Source: Amoeboradix gromovi X-113 (taxonomy: Eukaryota > Fungi > Sanchytriomycota). From it: a stretch of DNA of 18,841 bases. The translations under genes were made by a program, and so were the position numbers. The notes below the pieces were generated by a model, which saw only the letters and a list, made by a program, of their open reading frames with translations, was not told where the DNA came from and did no database searches. The stretch spans positions 1 through 18,841 of the forward strand of contig JADGIF010000121.1 of the NCBI GenBank assembly GCA_018985225.1. Reading direction: 5' to 3'. Positions 16,129 through 18,841 of the stretch are shown one piece after another. Position 1 is the stretch's first letter, and the number at the start of each line of letters is the position of its first letter.

Positions 16129-18190
16129 AAGAAAGCCTTGAGAGATAAAGCACAATCAGAACGGCTTCAAATTATGTTAGAAATGTTTGGCACTTGGGCT
16201 AGCCTCTGAAATTGCAGTAAAATATTGTGCATTTTAATTTAAGGTAGCAAATTAATATTGTTTATTATGGCTCTTTTCACCCCTTTCTATATCTATCATG
16301 TTAATTCTACAAATGATGCAAACAATAGTTTTGCGAGTAACAACTCCTAATATGTGTCAACTCCTTAGTATCACAAGAGTGTTGATGGGAGGTAGAGCAA
16401 ACGTGCGTTAACCGGAGCACACCATTGAGGGTTCACAATTTCGGCATTTAAATTTGAAGATTAAGCTTCTTTCAGATTAGGTGTGTAGTATCACCATCAC
16501 TTCTAGTACAACGACCCATGTAATATCCACTAAATCACAAGCCAGTACATATGAAGGGTGCTTTAATTGGAAACGCGGATTACCCAACCGTAAATTTTGA
16601 TTTAAAAATTGATCAAGTTTCGTTGCTTAAAGCCTATTCTTAAATTTTCAAATGAAAGAATGCTCCTAAAACCATATTTGCTCAAAAATGACTTGTGCTT
16701 TGCAAGAGCAGCCGATAATTAGTCCATTAGGTTATATACTGATTCAGTGATAATTCATTAGATTGAATACTCAAAAAAGCAAAACACACTATTCTCGTGC
16801 CCTAGTAACTGAATAGAAGGCAGGAAGCATTAACAGAAGCTCAATTGATTCCGCGCGGTTGAGAGTCTCAGAAATATAGTGTATCCGAAGTAGCCTAAAT
16901 TGGTACAAGATTTAAAATTGGTGAAAATTATAGTGATGCCAATAATGAAGCAGACATAAGAGTAATAACTTAAATTTTTTAAATATAGTAACTTGGTTCA
17001 TAGACACTTAAAAATCTTATTCGCAACTAGCGTAGTGTGGGGTATACAATGAATCACTTTATTAAACACGATAAACCACAGTTTCAGGCTTTTTGACCTT
17101 TGTGAGGTGTTTTAATCTTAAATAGCCAATTTCAACACAAGAGATTAAATGACTTGACAGGCGACTGAAACAGGTCATCTGTATCAAAGAAAAAGTGCAA
17201 ATAGAAAGTAGCTTTTATAAGATTTGACTTCAGCTATTGCTCTTCTATCGATGTCATATGTTGACCCTGTTGCAGCCTATGGAGGCATTCTATCAGTACT
17301 AAAATATACATTTCCAGCATTATTTCAGTAAGTATTGCTTCCCAAATGTCATAATTATCGTACAATTGCTCATCAGCATAGCAGTTTGCATGGAATAGAG
17401 TTTAGTTTTTGCAGTAGTCAAAGAGTGTCATCTGAATTTTACTTCTTTGCCTGCTTAGATTTCTTGAATTGCACATGAAAAGACGAACTGGTCCTCTGAA
17501 TTTGGTATTTTTAGTCTAGACAGTAGCGACAATTTGTAAAACGCAACACATCAGTGCACTTCTGTAGCATCAAAGGATCTTCTACCAGAGCATAGCCGAG
17601 TGTAGCGAAGAAGATACATCAGTAAGCATATATCGATTGGTCTTCTTTGTAGACAATAGAAGTAGTGTTTCTTCTATTGCGCATCAGTCAGGCTTTTGTC
17701 GAGATTCAGTCGACACACATAGACTATCGTAAACGGACCGAAAGCAGTACAGGATTACAGCAGCTAGAGTATCTCAAGTATGTCTAATAATCCAGAAGAA
17801 TGTCTGAGGAATGGTGGTTTATGCTACAAATAATATCTATATAAATAAATTTATTAAGAGTGGACAAGCAGAGTTTACAGTCTTTGAGACTTTTCACAGT
17901 GACACTAACAATCGGCTATTGAAGCTCAGAAAATATCTTAACACTGCTAGCAAAGCACAAAAGAATGTATGCTATTGTAATATCTCAAGAGATACATTTG
18001 ACTGTTAGAAAGAATACAAATACTTTAGGCAAAATGTAGTAGCACTTTTGCTCCAAAGAGCGTCCACATGTGATCATGAGCCGATACCATATTTGATAAG
18101 TTTCTTCAAGTATTACAACTTTTTTCAAGGTACGCCATACGGTAAAATGGAATTCCACGAGTGTGAATTTAAATTTAGAAGGACAATTAG

Positions 18191-18781
18191 CATGTTAAGA
18201 GTGGTCAAGCAGCTACTGGCTTCACAAACACTGAAGCTGCTTTTATTTACTACGGTATTGACCACTCAGAAGGAATTGTTGTGGGAATAAAGTTTGCCAA
18301 TAAAAAAGGCCTCGATGACATGGTTCTGTCTCTTGAGGATCATTTGATCTCCAAGATTGAGCCTCCACAATTCTTCGGAATTGATGATCATCAAGTATGG
18401 AAAAGGAAAGCGAAATTTCATAGGAGTGACTCAAAGATATTTGCAAGCAAAGATTTAATAAGTGAAGCTCTAAAATATAGCGCCGTAGATGAGGTTATAG
18501 TAGATGCTGTGATAGCTAAGTACTCAGACTGTGATGTCATAGATGTAGCTATTTTTGGTACACATTCAATAGAAGATTCCTCACATAAACTCAGCGAAGT
18601 TTCTGATGACACTTTAATCAACAAACAGATTCTTGCCAAGTTTGCGGCTGTGAGAAACAAATCCAGGCATCAGAACAAGATGATTAGCAGTCTAAGAGTA
18701 AAGATTAAACAGACAAGAAGATTAAAATCCTGCGAAGAGGATTGGCAATTTAGAAGAGCATTTAAGAGATATTATCGATAA
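18191..18781 (+). pseudogene. Open frame of unknown product, possibly a DDE (Mutator-like) transposase fragment
   Basis: Frame is open from 18191 (after TAG 18188-18190) with no ATG until 18320. IYYGIDHSEGIVVGIKFA...LEDHL....PPQFFGIDD loosely resembles the MULE strand/helix/second-Asp pattern. Upstream frames are broken by stops. Confidence 0.25.
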
Positions 18782-18841
18782 TACTAGAATGCTGGTTTCA
18801 GAAGACTTAAATCATCTACACTCATTTGTAATTGAGATTAG

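Noticed and set aside
16391-16470. Possible further plus-strand scaffold copy (GGTAG...TAACCGGAGCA..CATTG)
   Set aside because: Needs several gaps; similarity not distinguishable from chance by eye.
1-18841. CRISPR array, tRNA or rRNA genes
   Set aside because: No regularly spaced identical repeats, cloverleaf or rRNA signatures seen; the repeats found are dispersed and diverged.

Overview
AT-rich, very compact eukaryotic (fungal-like) genomic window read in the standard code. Convergent genes are separated by only 2-43 nt and there is a single visible intron, just 21 nt long. Host genes: divergent fucosyltransferase-like protein, SNT1/NCoR-like double-SANT protein, WDR26/GID7, aspartate-semialdehyde dehydrogenase (HOM2), a miniaturised GPATCH1-like protein, NAD(P)HX epimerase (NNR1/NAXE), a PH-like domain + processive GT2 synthase, a minimal Zim17/DNLZ, a CaMK-I kinase and a homeodomain protein. 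The main unexplained signal is a family of diverged copies of the 3' end of a Fanzor/TnpB-like RNA-guided nuclease gene (CxxC..CxxC zinc ribbon + DRDHMAARNI RuvC-III motif) and about 120 nt of conserved, partly base-paired downstream sequence (omegaRNA-like). Copies lie at 1-104, 102-350, 7052-7278(-) and 9492-9613(-), with weaker traces at 14254-14320 and 16059-16128(-), i.e. in nearly every large 5'-intergenic gap. No intact Fanzor ORF or transposase is visible in the window. Assignment to an early-diverging, genome-reduced fungus is inference only. All identities were counted by hand and all family calls are motif recognition by eye, not database searches.
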